DNA from: Lytechinus pictus
Taxonomy: Eukaryota
Reading direction: 5' to 3'
Assembly (NCBI RefSeq): GCF_037042905.1
Contig: NC_087245.1
Location: 20,028,001 to 20,092,000, forward strand
Length of the DNA stretch: 64,000 bases
Under the pieces are notes generated by a model. That model saw nothing but the letters and a program-made list of their open reading frames with translations. It had not been told where the DNA came from and ran no database searches. Below, in pieces: positions 1-13,126 of the stretch (the first letter of the stretch is position 1; every line of letters begins with the position of its first letter). Made by a program: the position numbers and the translations under genes.

Positions 1-427
1 GTGAATGCAAAAACGCATGCTCCACAAAAACCAATAAAGGACCACCCTGGCGTGAAACTGCCGGCCTCCTCAAATCATTTGCGGCGCACTTTGAAGAATG
101 GTTCAAAGCTATTCATTTTGGTGCCCTTTATAAATATTTGTCCAAGGTGCTATATCAGAGCACACTTTGCATCTGCTGCTTTGACTAGATTACTGGAACA
201 AATGTGATATTGACATCATTTCTCCTGCCCTTGACTTTGTGAGAGGTGGGTCATGGGGGCGGGGAAGAGACCACAGGGTACCTCATCGAAAAGAATAGAA
301 TCTATTTTTTAGAACCAAATATACTGGACTGGTTTTCAACCGCTTGATTAACCCCCGACACCTTTTGCGCCTGCTCTTGCACCGTAAAGGTCACAGGAGC
401 ATATGACATGGGTCTTGAATGATGCTC

Positions 428-745
428 TTAAAGGGAATGCACACCATGATGTCTTCAAGCTCGTTGATAGAGTGTTGCATCCGCTTTATTATTGCGGGGA
501 AAAGGCCGCTGGTCCTTTTAAAGAGAATGCACACCATGATGTCTTCAAGCAGGATGATATTGTAGCATTGGCTTCACCATTATGGGACTGGCCACCAGCC
601 TCGACGAATGATTTTACAGGGAATGTATTATGATGATGCCTTTGGCCTTGGTGATGTATATGCTGTCCATTGAGGTTGACCAATGATCTTGGTCTTGAAG
701 GAATGCACACTACAATTCCTTCAAGCATATCGCAGTATCCACTTA
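428..745. repeat. Decayed ~90-bp tandem repeat (about 4 units)
   Basis: ttaaag(g/a)gaatgcacaccatgatgtcttcaagc at 428-460 and 518-550 (period 90, 1 mismatch); degenerate copies near 613 and 696; the intervening segments are also weakly similar to each other. Confidence 0.7.
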
Positions 746-1861
746 ACATTCATGCTCAGAAAGTTTCTACAAATTGACATATAAACTTATCCAAGGACTG
801 ACTCTTGTAGACAAACAGATTATACAAATTTGATTGGTTTCCATTTCTCTCACTGCTTCCCCATTACTCAACCCTGGTTTTAAAAAGCCATCAATATCTC
901 GCCACTTGACATATAGAACCAGAAATGGTTTTAATTTATACAAATGCTTCTTGCATAATATCAACAATGCCACTGTGTAAAAGAAATTTAAATTTGTCCA
1001 ATAGTAATAGCAGCAATGAATAATCTATTCAGACGACAATGTGCATTCAAGATCGTCTTTCCACTTCACAGCCAGGGACCGTAAACCTATTCCGGGACAG
1101 CCTCTTTCCCATCCCTCCGCGTACCGATGTCGGTTCACCCTCAGCACGATTCCTCCATGAATGAAGAGCATGTTTTCTATGCTGATGAATGAGACACAAG
1201 GTATTTGAAGACTTTCCAAGACACTTCTTTTTAGAGAGAAGACACTGACCTATTTACCTTATATTACTTCAGTCATTCAGGGGCTCTGAATAGGAATGCA
1301 TTTACATATGATTATGACCCTAGTGGTGAAACCTGGTCCATCAAGTACAAAAAAGCCCTCGGTATTCGGCCATTCCGACATGCAGAGGACCTCCCTTTAC
1401 CCTTTACACTGCGCTCCCAGGCAACACAATTTGATCATGACTTTCATGTAGTGATGTAAGTACATCTGAGAAGCAGAGGAGAATCAAGCATATGAGAATC
1501 ATAAAGACACAAGCACTGCATCTAGGGTATAAAAATATAACCCGTCTGTTCCCTTTACCACCAGAGAAAAATGTATTCACTTCTCTAACAGTGAATGTTA
1601 TACTAATACTTCAATTATGAAAATATCATTGAATACTCATCTATTTTATGGAGAGGAGATACCCCAACCCCATCTTAATCTTTCATTTGATTTAAAGATT
1701 TTGTTCAAAACATAATGACCATAATGATAGCAGTATGCAAGTATAAAGCTGTAAGCTTCTTAAATGTTTAATGTAAAGTTTAAGTCCAAAGGAGAAAACA
1801 AGATCTACTTGCATATACCACCGTTGTCCTGATACTCTGAATGATGATTGATTTCAGTTGG

Positions 1862-2120
1862 TCTCTACACTCTCTCTCTCTCTCTGCAGTCAATTATCAT
1901 CTCCCATGTTTTGCTCTCCATCTAAACTTATTCTCTCTCATATACACCTTCTTCGACTTTCTCCTTGCCCTATTCATTTTTCCGACATCCAACTACACGT
2001 TATCCCCCCCTCTCTCTCTCTCTCCCTACCACTATCTCCTTCCTTGTATTCTTTTCCAACATCCATTTACATTTAATCCCCTCTTTATTTTCTCTCTCTC
2101 ACCTTCTCTCCATCTCTCCT
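1862..2120. repeat. (CT)n-rich low-complexity pyrimidine tract
   Basis: Several ctctctct runs; explains the L/S/F-rich ORFs at 1841-2153. Confidence 0.85.
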
Positions 2121-2130
2121 ATGATCAATG

Positions 2131-2252
2131 ACTCACCTGTTAGCCAGGGGTAAGGAAGGCAACATCAAGTCCAAGGCAGCCATGATGGAAGAAATGTGGG
2201 GAAAAGAGAGAAAAACAAAAACATTTCATTAATAATTTGCACATTATATGTT
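2131..2252 (-). other. Juxtaposed 3'/5' splice site (candidate recursive splice site), or the donor of a short alternative first exon
   Basis: Minus strand reads ...TTGCCTTCCTTACCCCTGGCTAACAG|GTGAGT (AG 2138-2137, GT 2136-2135); no other AG for ~113 nt upstream, pyrimidine tract and TTAAT branch-like motif. Confidence 0.5.
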
Positions 2253-3688
2253 CTCTGTCATGCATTATTAATGCGGATAAGAAGGATTTTTGCTTTCAAT
2301 CTGCATCAGTTTCATGTTCATCACAGAAAATGCATCTGAGTTATGTAGAGAGGTTAAAAACGCTTTACTAAGATACTCATGTCATAGGAATGTATGATTT
2401 AGAGGTTCCTATATCTTGTCAAGTTTAGTTCAGAAAATAAGATAATATTCATCAAATTACACTTGCATATATTGACTAGAAATCATTTAAAATCATAAAA
2501 TTGTTCACTATAATGACACAAAATATACAGTTTAAATAGAAAATGTTAATTTCTTCTACAATTCATTATCCCATTTCATCAAATTATTGCAAATTGATAT
2601 GGGGAAATGTCAAATTAATTATCTAGTCTGAAGACTTAATAGCCATCAATGAATCATTACTGATACCCTAAAGCAAAAGGCTGAAAATGAAAAAGAACAT
2701 CTACACACTTTCTTTATCCTTGCTTATCGATAAAGTGAAATACTACTTTCATAAATCACCTAAAATTAAATTTTCTTTAATACTGGATATTAATATTATC
2801 AATAATATAATAAAACATATTAATCAATAGACTAAAACAGCTGCAAATTCTTTTCCACTATTTCCTACTTTCTTCCCCAAAAAAATGTTTACTATCTTGC
2901 TAATGTAATGTATATTTTAACTTTAATGAAGAAAGTTCTTATTGGGTTGAAATCTTGTATGTGATTTAGGAACACTATCTTTTAACACAACTTCAAACAA
3001 TTTTAGTACAACAATTTCGAGGAGAAACATCATCAGGAAGAGAGACCTCTCAGCCAGTCTGCTAATTTGTCAAGTTCAACAATGTAACTCAATCCTATGA
3101 GTATACTTCATTGTCTTGGTTATAAGATTACAACATCTCGTTGACAGAGGTTTTTCCTCGCTGGTGGCCAGCCAGCCAAACGCAATCTTAAGAATCCAAG
3201 ATGACGCGGAAGAAAGGTAAACTGAAAGAGAAGCCGGGACCACAAACTGACACTATTCACTCACACTGATTGATTGGCAGCAGGGACCTTGATTAAATGG
3301 TCAATATTGGATAACACAACATCATCGGATATTAACTTCCACTTCTTTTATTTCAGTCGGGGAGTTTGGGGCTGCTGCGAAGACACCACATTTGCCTTCC
3401 GTTCAACGCGATCAGCACGTTCTCGGATTGGGTAAAACAAAAGTTCTCATGCAATGAGTTGTGGTAGTGTATACTAGCTCCACAAACTCTGACATTACTA
3501 GTCTTTCAAAAGTAACTTCTTCACTTCCTTTCGTTAGTCATGACTTACAAGATTTAAAGCTGAACAAAAGTGAATACTTATATTTAAGATATCTTCAAGA
3601 ATTTTTATTCTGGAACAAAAAGTTTGAAATGAAAAACTAAATTCCTTTTCTATTCAAACTACAAAACCAAAACAAACTCAGTCTTTAC

Positions 3689-4065
3689 ATCAACTCCAAA
3701 CTCAATAACTGATTGACTACATTCGAACAACCAACATGGCCAAAAGGAACCGAATCAGGTACATGCCCGGGAGAAAAACAATTCTGAAGCGTCAGACTAG
3801 TTGGCCTAAGCAAGAAGGATCGTGTGAGAGGCATTTTGGCAGGTGTTGGCTGCGATCCAACAGACAGACAGACAGGCCAGAATGAGCGCCACGCTAACCT
3901 AAACAGTTTCCCCTTGCTGACATGCTGTACAATCCTCATAGTCTTCCTGGACAGTCTTTTGATTGAAACCCAGCACCCGCTCCCTACCTTGGCACTCAAT
4001 TTGACATACATGTGCGGACATTCAGACACGAGAATGTTAATAGCATCAAAGAATGTTGATAGCAT
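3689..4065 (-). CDS. Possible coding alternative first exon (unidentified)
   Basis: 126-aa ATG-initiated ORF in a GC-richer island, ending at a weak phase-2 donor AT|GTAAAG; no recognisable domain. Confidence 0.15.
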
Positions 4066-7000
4066 TTAAACCGAACAAGAGGCCATGTTTTGTTTCCCTG
4101 TATAATGGAACATACAACCTATAGATGTCGAATGGAACTTTTTGCTCTTTCTCTAATATGCATTTTGCAAATGAATTATTCCTTGCCACAGCAGAAGATT
4201 GCAAGGAACACCTCATGAGGTTCATTAATTACTATACATCTGAAAAAATCATATTGGCTCTCTGCACGCAGACATGCTAAATTGAGTACAACAGTTTCTT
4301 ACATGTGGAATCTGTGGATCAATAATCAATTACATAAAACTGTCTATGGTTGAAATATGTATTTCTGCTAAGTCTGGCTCAATACATCTGAGTGATAAAC
4401 TTTCTAATTTGATTTGATGGACAGAATAAGCCAGTGTTATGATTGATGCATGGGGCACTGGGAAATTTACTCCCCCCCCCCCTCCCCCATCAAATTAGAT
4501 CTTGAAGGCAGCAATAGAGCCTTGCATGATTGCTATTGGTTTGATCATAAAATGTTATTTGAAATAAAACAATTTTAATGAAAACAATACTTTCCTATAA
4601 TTTGTTTAATCTGACTAAAATTTAAGTTAGATCATTCTTCTAAGTAACTTTTTAAAAAAGTAAAATAATCAGAGAAAATTTGATTGAAGGGGTGGATAAA
4701 CTGCAAACTTATGTGCTTGTGAAGCATAAGAATACCCCTTTAACTGCACAATATACCTTCATCCTCAAAATAAAAATTGGCAAAGGGGGATAAAATTTTT
4801 CATATTTACAGCATTCATTCCAGTTGTCAATCATTTCTATAAATTGAAGCCAAATAATATAAATTTGAGAACACGCATTAATAGCCCCGGTAACAGCCCA
4901 CTTCATTCCTTCTTTTGGTAAAAAAAAAGTGGCTCAAAATATGGCACTTTATTCAGGCAATAAGAAGAATAAACATTTTTTGTTTGCTTTTTAACTTGGT
5001 TAATAATTCTCATTTGATGAAAAGAGGGACTGGAAGCGTCTGTACTTGAAAAAGAAAAAAAAAGGAATTGAAGGTCCGAGGGGTAGGGATGCCTGGTATT
5101 TGATAATAGCCAAACTAGGCAGTCTCACAAATGTCACTTTCACTTTTAATAGAATAGGCAATGTACTCTACCTTTCCATAATATCACAAGGTAGAAGCAG
5201 AACTTTTTTCTTTTCTTTTTCTTCAAAAATTGGTAGTTATTTAATATACAACAAAGTTTAAATTTCAGATGAGTTCATTCATTACTGTTTTATGAACTAT
5301 TCCCTTTCAAACAAATCCAAACGGCTTTAAAAAAATAAATTTTAGATTAATGCAATTCGAAGGGATGAATAGTAAATTTCAAATACTTTTTAAAGTCTTA
5401 TTGAACAAAGCTGATTCATTTTCAGCAACATTTTTGTAGGACTTCATGGAAGCTTACTGCCACTCATTTATAATTCACCTAAACTTTTAGATATAATCCC
5501 TGTTTTACATTTGAAAATTAGCTTTTTGTTGCAATCTCAACATTTTCCTTACACCATTTCAGTTTTCTTTTTGTTTTCCTCCTCTTCCTCTCCTTCACTT
5601 TCCTAATGCACCCATAATCATTTTTCATCTTTTACTTCTCCTGTTCCCTCACTTTTCTTCTTTTTCTTCTTTTTCGTCTTGTCTTCTTCTTCTCACTTTC
5701 TAATCCAAATCCACTAGCGGTCGAATTACAGATCTCAACCGGGTCGTCTTAATACCAGCAGATACATATTCTGTTATGCTAAGAGATTACAATTCATGAA
5801 TACAAATGTGTGCAAACTAATTTCTCTCCATGTATTCAAGGATTTAAGATTATTAGGATTCATGCTCATACTTAGATTGACATAGAAATTGTGTTTACTC
5901 AGATAACTTCAGCCTTGTCCTTGAAAAATATCAATATTTATGCTCTAATTTGATACATGTACAGGAAAAATCTGTTATATTTCATCAGCCCTATTCTGAT
6001 TTTTTTTCATTTGAAGTGTATCCGGATTTGCTTGAAAAGGTCTGTTTATTCATGCATTTTATCATCTTATTTTCATTCATATATTTATCTACTATTTACA
6101 TACAGATATAAAAGAGCATTTTAGATACTAGTTATCTATGTTTAATTTGCACTCCCATTTCAATTTTGATTGTTCAATACTGTATTCCTTTGTCATATTT
6201 TTCAATACATTTTTATTTCTTTGCATTATATCAAAGAATAACAAATGACGATGAGGAGTAGGACAAGGAGAATGTTGACAATGATGAAGATGATAATAGT
6301 GCATGTGATCTGACAGAAATCTCAATAATGTTCAGGGACACTGTAAGCATTAAAATTCAATAATTGATTTTTTATTTTTTCATTCATACCTACAATTACA
6401 CAAATAGTTTTACATACAGCCTTGTAAAACAAATTCTTGTAACTTTACATTTAAACCAGCAAATCTCATTGATTTTCCCTCATATTATCTCTTTTCATCA
6501 ATAACAAAAATTGCTAATAGTATTCCACTTAAAAATTGTACTAGATAGAGAAATGTCTCCATGCACTCTACAGTGCTCTTCATCAATATATAAAATGCTG
6601 ACAGTACTTTCTGGAATATAATAAAATGAAAAGAGAAATGTCTAGTTATCCTCTTTCTACATCAATGCAATTTTGGGTTTGTCGCCATTGGAATATGTTT
6701 TACATGGACAACGAAAATTTGATGATTTGGGCATTTCACTGCTATAAGGGCATTCCCTATGCTAATGGAATGAGTTAAGGTCTATTTGACGCCAAAGAGG
6801 TGATTTCTTGAATGCGTCCTGCAAATAGGACTGGTGCCTCATAAAGAGCTGTTTTCTCTAATGACATGAATTCAATTATTCAAATGTTTGTGTACTGTCT
6901 GGTTAGCATTATCCCCACAGCCTAAGAATAAACATGATTAAATATAAATAGTTAAAGAAAAAAAAATTAAATATAATTGTCTGTATTTACAGAATCATAC

Positions 7001-7214
7001 TATTTTGGGGGAGCCAAAACAACTGTAAATTATTGGAAAGCTGTGAAGAAACAGAATATAACGATGGAGAATTCATGCATTTTCACTGCTTATGAACCAA
7101 GCATTCTGCATAATAAAAACTCAAAATTAACGATTTTCAAAAATGGGCTTTATAATGCTTCTCACAGGCCTGAATTATATGATGTCATTTTATGTCAACC
7201 AAGTGGAGATTATA

Positions 7215-7292
7215 TCTGTGAAGTGCTTAAAGACATTGTTCTGATGTATTAAGTGCTCTATAAAAAATGTTAATTATTATCATATCATTATC
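7215..7292 (+). mobile_element. L2-type LINE/SINE 3' end remnant
   Basis: tgtgaagtgctt...aagtgctctataaaaaatg followed by a (tta/tca)n tail; same architecture as the L2 3' end at 56130-56195 (tgtaaagcgcttt...aagcgctatataag(tta)n). Confidence 0.6.
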
Positions 7293-7709
7293 AGTCAGCG
7301 TTCAGGTGCATGTTTGTAGATCCATTGTATAGCTATTCTGTGAGTATAGCTAAATGTTTGGTATGATTTCCTTTTTGTCTTTTTGTCTTAACAATGACTT
7401 AGATATTTCAGTATAGTACTATGGAATGCTAAATGTACAAGGAGGGGGGGGGGGTGAGCCAATCATTTCTATGTTGTTTATAGGTTGAGCAACTGGTGTA
7501 TAGAGGTTGTGCAAAAACTCTCAATGTTACTACATTCCACCCGGCAATTGAAGGATGTTGCTGAAGAGAGAACGTGCCCAGCATGAGAAGTATGAATATG
7601 ACCGCACACCTCGGGGGCAAGTTACGCTATTAATATGGATCTTTCTTCTTACGTTCTAGAGTTAAGGGGGTGGCTGGACACCCCCACCCCAGCTGTCACC
7701 TTCAAGGGG

Positions 7710-7736
7710 AAGAGAGAGAGAGAGAGAGAGTGTGTG
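7710..7736. repeat. (GA)n microsatellite
   Basis: agagagagag agagagagag tgtgtg. Confidence 0.9.
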
Positions 7737-8339
7737 ATGTAGGAACAAGAGAATCGACAATGGTGCAAGGTTAATGACTTGCATCTCTTGACTCAAGAGG
7801 ATGCATCTTGGACAGATGACCACGTTCACGCTTTATCTTTGTTAATCTTTACCAATTACGCTTCGAGCTGTTTAAAGACGACCTATATGAATGGATTTGA
7901 GTTGTGTGAACACAGTTCCTGATCAAATACACAAGTATCATAAGAATTTTTCAAAGCATATAGATGTAACCAAATCTATCAAATGCATTATGAATCGATG
8001 ACCATGGCCCTGATACAGATCATGCCGAAGGTAAAAACACAGAATTATCTAATTTGTTGAATTGTGTCAAATGTCATGTTAAAAGAATAAATCTGTTTCT
8101 GTGTTAAGTATTATGACAGAAGAACATTTACACTTCCCCCAAGAAAGTGGTTTATCTTCCTGATATATTTAACAAATATTAAAGACATAGCCCATCTCTA
8201 GAATGAGGTATACACTTCAGGACAGGGGTCTTCCATCAACATTTGAATTTAAAAATTAATTTCAATAAAGCATACATCTTTCTCTCAATATGGCACACGG
8301 TATCTCTGGGATAGTATTTACTGGGTTGAAGACAATACC

Positions 8340-10340
8340 ATTAGAAATGGTGTGAACAGATCATAAGGAAGAACTGGAGATGATCTTGAACTTCATCATT
8401 GATGTAGGTCAGGTAACGCACCTCAAGTCTTTTTCCAGCCAGGCTTCAAAGCAATATGACTACCTTGTCTTTACCGAGTTCACCATGAATCCATGGTACA
8501 GGGTGTTTCAGAAAAGACAGAGGCTGTCATTTTCTGGAATCTTTAACTTTACCAATGATGTAAGTCAAAAAACACAATTGATTTTTTCCCAGCTATGTCC
8601 CAAGGGAAGGTTTGATGACCTTGTCTTGCTGACCATATAGCCAAGGATATCAGTACAGGGTGCCTCAAAATAGATGATGGCTACCATTTTCTTGAACATA
8701 TCAATAATGTAGGTCAGGGAACTCATCTCGGGTCTTTCCCAGCTATGTCTCAAGGCAAGGAGATATGATGTCTTTGGCACACTGGCCAAGGAGCAATGGG
8801 TGAAGTACTGGGTGTCCCTGAAAAGATGATTTCTACCATTCTTTTAATCTTGAACTTTCAACAATGATGTATTTATAAGAGATTGAGATTTGGTGGTCCT
8901 TTTCAGGACCAACATCTGCCAAAGAAAGATACATGGTGTACCGTGAAACCTACTACACTATTCTTCTTCGCCATGGAAACCTTCAGAAATTATATGTATT
9001 TATAAGTAGGTCAGAATGCACATCTCAGGTCTTTTGCCAGTCATGTCCAAAGGCAAGAAGATATGGTGACCTTGTCTCACCGACCATGGAGAGAGGATGA
9101 TATGTGCAAGGTGTTCAAGAATGAGAAACGCTTCCTTTATCTCAATCTTGATCACTTTCAACGATGTAGTTCACGGAAAGCACATCAGGGACTATTTTCC
9201 AGCATGGCTTCAAAGCTAGATCATGCGACCTTGTCTTACAAGGTGTCTCAGAGAAGATGAATGTTACTATCACCTTAGTCTTTAACTTCATCACTGATCC
9301 AGGTACCAGAAGAAGGATAATTACTTTGCCATGGAACAAAGGATGGGATGTACAAAGTGTCCCTTAAACGGCAACAGATTACATCATAACAATCTTGAAC
9401 ATCGATGATCCAAGTAAGGCTGCGTTTATCCTCAAGCCAGAATCATGATTTGAATCATGATTCAAAACACAAACATGAATCACAATATCACAGAATCAGC
9501 GTTTAGACAACTTTCATTCCGATGCTGTTTCTCCTCAGATTCGGGCCAATCCAGTGCGCATCACTAGTGCGCAGTTTGACAGAGGAAGTTTTTTGCACGT
9601 GTTTCGGCTCTTGAAAAAATCTCTTTGCTTCCAGAATTCAGTCTATATCTCATTTTGTTTACTTTTATCATAGGGTCCATGCTTCTATTCATCTTGTCGG
9701 TTTATCGAAAATGGTGTTCGGAAGTGAATTTCAGCGTAGATCCAATTTAATATTGACAGTGTTAAACTGAGATCATTGTCTGTCCAGTTAATTCATTTAC
9801 TAGAACTTGAAGTTGAAGACATGACCAAAAAATGAAAAGTAGTGGACGATGCGATGACCAACGCAGAACTTGAACATGACAAGAAATGCATGCATTGCAC
9901 ATAACCATGTACAAACACTGAGCATATAGAGCGCCTTGAGCTTGGCAAGAGTCAAACCGACACAGTGACATCATAGAATCATGATTCAAATCACGATTGC
10001 GTTTATACGACCTTTTTCGTTCGAGATTCTACAAAAACGTCTTTCCAAACGCCCCCTTTTCTGTGTTTCATGTTTGTGATTTGAAAGATGTTTATTTTCA
10101 CTTTTGACTAAACGCAATCGTGATTCTGCAGAATCATGATTTGAATCATGATTCAGATCATGATTCTAGGGTAAAAAAGTGGCGCATAAACGCACCCAAA
10201 GATATACTGAGAGAGGGATAATGACCTTGGCATGGAAAAAAGAGGATCAGGTGTACACAGAATCCAAGAAATCAAAGTGATTTCATAGTGTCAATCTTGG
10301 ACTTCATCAATGATCTAGCTCAGATAAATGAAAAGAGAGA
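8340..10340. repeat. Ancient degenerate ~150-bp tandem array, interrupted by a MITE
   Basis: Motif tcttgaactt(c)atcaatgatgtaggtcag recurs near 8384, 8540, 8690, 8848, 9146, 9279, 9393 and, after the MITE, 10295; cccagctatgtc has an exact 150-bp spacing (8588/8738). Confidence 0.7.
9418..10197. mobile_element. Non-autonomous DNA transposon, PIF/Harbinger-like
   Basis: TIRs ggctgcgtttat / ataaacgcaccc; flanks taa / aaa (degenerate TWA); subterminal palindromic gaatcatgattc repeats at both ends. Confidence 0.8.
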
Positions 10341-11074
10341 GATAATGGCCTTACATCATTTTTTAAGGTAATTAATTCTGTCATGAATGTGGCAAGTCAT
10401 AACTTTAAAAAAAATCTTGTTCATAGAGAGATGGCAAAATTGTAAGAGAGCTGACAGCTTTTGAATTTACTGTTAGCTGTCAAGTTTTCCTACGTACAAA
10501 AAATCAATTACCAATACACATTTGATACACAAATTCATTTGAACTATCATATAAAATGCATGTGCTCATTTTAACCGCTGTATTGCATCATTGCATATCA
10601 ATAGAAAGATACTTTATACAATAAACAATTTATTACATCCTCACAATGAAAAAGATTTTCCATTTCTTGGAATAAATCTATTAAAAAAATGAATTATCAT
10701 ATAAGATTTCCTGCAGATGAAACAGTCTGACAATTTTTCGATATTAAACTCAAAATTAATGACCAACTGATACAATGATTTTAATGCAAGATTTGTTAAA
10801 TTTTTTTCTTCAAAAATTTTATGCCATCATGAATATTTGAATATAAAGTGTATAAAACAATAATTTTCCCAGGACAGAGTTAGTCAAATTACTCATTTCT
10901 TTCACCGGATAAAAAAAAATATTCATTCAAAGAACAAAAAAAGAGAGTTGATCAATCTGTAATATTTATAGGCATCCATACATCAAATATCTTAAGGGAA
11001 ATATAAGCATTTCGCTGACACATTAATCTTGAAATCTTTCTTCTCCCCGAAGCTTTTCTTCAATGAGGTGAATG

Positions 11075-11088
11075 GTTACCATGGCAAT
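11075..11088. promoter_or_regulatory. RFX X-box-like motif
   Basis: GTTACCATGGCAAT, 1 mismatch to GTTNCCATGGNAAC, inside a GC-richer unique island. Confidence 0.35.
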
Positions 11089-12754
11089 TTAACTCTTTTA
11101 TCTCCCCATCACATTCCTTGAAGATCAGCAAATGTGAAAATATACATGAAAAATGAAGATTTCCTTGAGCGGCACCCTGCAGATATCAAAAGGCAATGAG
11201 GGCCATTTGGAACCTTGCTCCGTTCCCTGAAAAGTCATCTTCATCTCCATAATGAACACCTCATGTTCACCCTGCATCAACAGATCTCATACAACAAGGC
11301 TCGTTGCTCTGGACATATCTGCATAATTACTGCCATAACCTAGATAAACTAAGTCCCTGCAAAGGGACAAGACGAAGAATAGTCGCAACGCACCAAAGCC
11401 CCCCCCCCCCATGCCTTAACTCTCTCGATCCAGATATGGTAATCAGACGTCCTATTCGTAGACACAGACTGCATGTCATTAACGAGTCCTAAACATCAAT
11501 TTTAAAAAAGCGACGCTACATCAACACGACGGGAGAAATCCGACACCTCCAATGGAAGGATAGAGATGCATCACCATTTTGTTCCTTCCTTGTATCGGGG
11601 GAAAAAAGGCCTAAATTTACATCTTAAAGGTATTCGGTGACAAGTGATCAAATGCAATCATCGGGCTGCCTTTACTGGCACAAAAACTTTCATTTGCCAA
11701 AGGGATTAGTTGTTAATGCACATATCAACCCCAAGTACGCTACCTGAAGCAATTTCTTAGCCCCCATCATTCCGACATTGACATTTTGTCGTTGTTTCCA
11801 ATGGATGTTTCAAAATGTTTGTTGGCCGCAAGGTAAAGGTGCGCTTTTTTCTCAAGGGGTTTCATAATCATTGAGAGCGAAGCAAGGTTGTATAACATGT
11901 ATAACTGACTGACAAGATTAACATTTGAATTTGTTTTCCATCATTCCCCCAACTATTTTTTTGCATATATCTTTCTCGGCAACTACAAGCATTTTATTCA
12001 TTCAGCCCATGGAGTACTGTCGATTTCAAATGATCAAAAGATATAAACTATGACATTTTCAGTTTAATGGTAATCTCAGTTAGATGTTGAACTACTAAGG
12101 TAATCCCAGTAGCTTCACATGTAGAGTGGCCTGTATATTTCTCATGACATTTTGCATATTTTTGGAAAGTGTCAGATAGGTTGAATCTCACCAAAATTAC
12201 ATGGTGGGTGTAATAGACATGGAAAACTTACAAAAAATAAAAGAAAATCCTCGTCAATGGACTGCAGATACTTTGGAATTGATTATTCTTGCCTATATGC
12301 AATAGAACATTTTAGAAAATATATCATAAGTAAAGAAAAGAGAAAGAATCTGGCATAAAAATCTAGGTAGAGGTTCATTCAGATCTATGATTTGTGTTCA
12401 AATTATGTCATATCCATCTGATCAATGGTAATATAGGTCATGGGGGATGACTTTCATCAGAAATAATTTCAACAAGAGTTTTAAATCATACATCTCCACA
12501 TCCAGACATTGTGCCGGAACAAAGTCAGATTCTAAAGCTAAAGCTAGGTTGTTTCAGCAAGGGATGATTTCTGTAAGAATAATTTGTCTGTATTGATAAA
12601 TTTATACACATTATTTCAAATTACAGAATACTATCAATGACATAGCCGAGTAGCAATGTGAGCATTAAGAATGCAAGGATGAATCTGTGAAAATTTTACA
12701 TGAAACAGACATTCAATGTATTAATGAGTTCACATTAGAGCTGCAGTTAACTGT

Positions 12755-13126
12755 GGTTTATTTCTAATTTGTCCAATTGCCAACTCGTCTACTATCATTT
12801 GGTCTACTTTCATTTGGTCTAATGCCATTCCGTCTAATAACCAGTTAGTCCAATAGCCATTTAGTCCATATACCATTTGGTCTAATTGGACTTAAGTGTT
12901 AATTGTGCAAAATGAATGAAAATGAAGTGGATATTAGACCAACTGGTTATAAGGCCAAATGGTAATCAACAAAATGGTGATTAGACAAAGTGATGATTGG
13001 ACTAAATGGTTAATGGACATAATGGTCGTTAGACAAAATGCTGATGGACGGAATGGCATTAGACCAAATGAAAGTAGATCATGTGGTGAGTAGATGAGTT
13101 GGCAGTAGACGAATTGGCAATTTACC
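12755..13126. mobile_element. Foldback/TU-like palindromic transposon built from ~15-bp subrepeats
   Basis: Left arm units such as ccatttggtctaatg are the reverse complement of right arm units cattagaccaaatgg; GGT...ACC ends; 8-bp TSD ttaactgt / tttactgt. Confidence 0.85.

Noticed and set aside
428..745. CRISPR-like repeat-spacer pattern
   Set aside because: Linkers are homologous to each other, repeats decay quickly, no cas genes, eukaryotic context
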